Made by a program: the position numbers and the translations under genes. From assembly GCF_001194135.2 (NCBI RefSeq), contig NC_068982.1, forward strand, positions 127,368,423 through 127,405,011: a DNA stretch of 36,589 nucleotides, read 5' to 3'. The notes beneath the pieces are model-generated. The model did not search any database. It was given only the letters and a program-made list of their open reading frames with translations, and was not told the origin of the DNA. Below are positions 34,974-36,589 of this stretch, piece after piece. How positions within the stretch are numbered: position 1 is the stretch's first letter; every line of letters begins with the position of its first letter. Source of the DNA: Octopus bimaculoides. Taxonomy: Eukaryota.

Positions 34974-35420
34974 GGCATGGCTGTGTAGTAAGAAGCTCGC
35001 TTCCTAACCACTTGGTTCTGGGGTCAGACCCACTGTGTGGCACCTTGGCCTTAGCCTCAGGTTGACAAGAGCTTTGTGGGTGGATTTGGTTAATAGAAAC
35101 TGAACGCAGCCTGTCTTGTGTGTGTGTGTGTGTCTGTGTGTATGTTCGTGTGTGTGTGTCTGTCTGTCTGTGTGTGTCTGTGTGTGTGTATGTGCATGTG
35201 TGTTTCTTTGTGACTGTGTTTGTCCTCCCACCCACTGCTTGACAACCAGTGGTGATGTGTTTAAAACCCTGTAACTTAGTTGTTCAACAAAAGTGATCGA
35301 TAAAATAAGTACCAAGCTTTAAAAAAAGGAAGAAGTACTGTGGTCAATTTATTCATCAAAAATTCTTCAAAGCAGTGCCCCAGCATGACCGTAGTCTAAT
35401 TGCTGAAACAAGTAAAAAAT
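34974..35420 (+). mobile_element. SINE family A
   Basis: Similar to 13-410; about 100 bp of TG-rich centre. Confidence 0.85.
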
Positions 35421-36351
35421 AAACAATAAGATTATTTATCCAAATTATCTTGGAGGTGTTTTCAAAGCTGAATTTTGTGTAGAATTTGCAATCCTTCACT
35501 GAAGTGAAGTGTTAACTTGATAAACATCGAAATTTTGATGAGCTGTATATCACCTTATGTATTTCCTTGTGGCATGATTGGTTATGAGTAAATATCTTTC
35601 CAAAGAATTTTGAAAACTGAACAAGTAATGATTACAAGCTTCCTTTTGATGCTAAGAAAAATGGCTTTCTTGAGGTTCCATAAAATAATCTTATATTTAA
35701 GCTATATTTGTCAATGAGGAGTTGTTGAATGCATTTTGTTCATTCAATGAACATTCAATAGTTTTTCAACAGTTGATTTGAATAAGTGCTATACCCTCTT
35801 CCTTTGTTCGCTGAATTACTTCTTATGTCAATATATTTGGATTAATTAGTTTACTTAGCAACGAATTCGATAGATTTATCAACAGAGTTCCTTTCTTGTC
35901 AGCGACACTTATCTTAACTGCACCAAAATTCTGACAATTTCTCTCTATCTGTTCCTTTTGTTTGTGTTTGTAAATATAGAAGAAAAACCATTTCATCAAA
36001 TGTTTGCACTACCATGAGATATAAATACTTAAAATATATGTGGCTCCAGACTTAAAAAGAACACACACACACAAAAAGTACAAATCCTTAAGAAATATCA
36101 ACATTTCATACATTCTGAATGCATCTTTTGTCACTGTTAATTATGTATTTTATTCAAAACTGAAAATATAGATGCAGATTATTATTATTATCTTTATTCA
36201 CTTATTTATCTTTATCTTTGCTTAAATATCAAGTTTCCGAGGCAATAAATTGAAAAAATGTTTAGAAGAGCTTTTTTTTTTATTTTCATATTAATATTTT
36301 GCAAAAAAAAAAAAAAACAGATCCAATAGCTATTATGCTTGAAGAGTTCAT

Positions 36352-36589
36352 TCATCATCATCATCATCATCATCGTTTAAGGTCCGCCTTCCATGCTAGC
36401 ATGGGTTGGACGATTTGACTGAGGACTGGTGAAACCGGATGGCAACACCAGGCTCCAATCTAATTTGGCAGAGTTTCTACAGCTGGATGCCCTTCCTAAT
36501 GCCAACCACTCAAAGAGTGTAGTGGGTGCTTTTACGTGTCACCCGCACAAAAACGGCTACGCTCGAAATGGTGTTTTTTATGTGCCACC
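36352..36589 (-). mobile_element. SINE-like repeat family B (runs off the window)
   Basis: (CAT)n cgtttaaggtccgccttccatgctagcatgggttggacg... Confidence 0.85.

Noticed and set aside
35450-36010. Possible second hAT fossil (KLSEFWCS-like motif on the - strand)
   Set aside because: A single short motif with no collinear support.

Overview
Eukaryotic, AT-rich, repeat-saturated DNA with seven assembly gaps (about 2.1 kb of N). The repeat repertoire (tRNA-headed SINEs, RTE/CR1/R4-Dong LINE relics, mariner and maT transposons, dense (TA)n/(CA)n/(CAT)n/(TAA)n microsatellites) looks like an octopus genome; this is inference from pattern recognition and was not verified by search. No intact or nameable protein-coding gene is visible. 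Almost all ORF-track entries are microsatellite or N artefacts, or decayed transposon fragments. The strongest non-repeat signal is a CpG-rich, motif-dense and probably bidirectional promoter at about 24.45-24.80 kb (two inverted TCACGTGA boxes, CCAAT, E2F-like and TATA-like elements). To its right are unnamed candidate + strand exons; the start of the leftward gene is probably lost in the adjacent 989-N gap. Other notable observations are an RTE family carrying a PHD-type C4HC3 finger inside ORF2 (two copies), a 5'-5' fold-back mariner derivative, R4/Dong-like relics anchored on (TAA)n, a 66-bp AB-alternating minisatellite inside a SINE-like repeat, a 215-bp tandem duplication with a conserved core, two unexplained hairpin structures, and a speculative exon with a single in-frame TGA after a CxxC motif. 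I found no convincing evidence of a new multi-gene system. Most repeat boundaries are approximate (about +/-20 bp).
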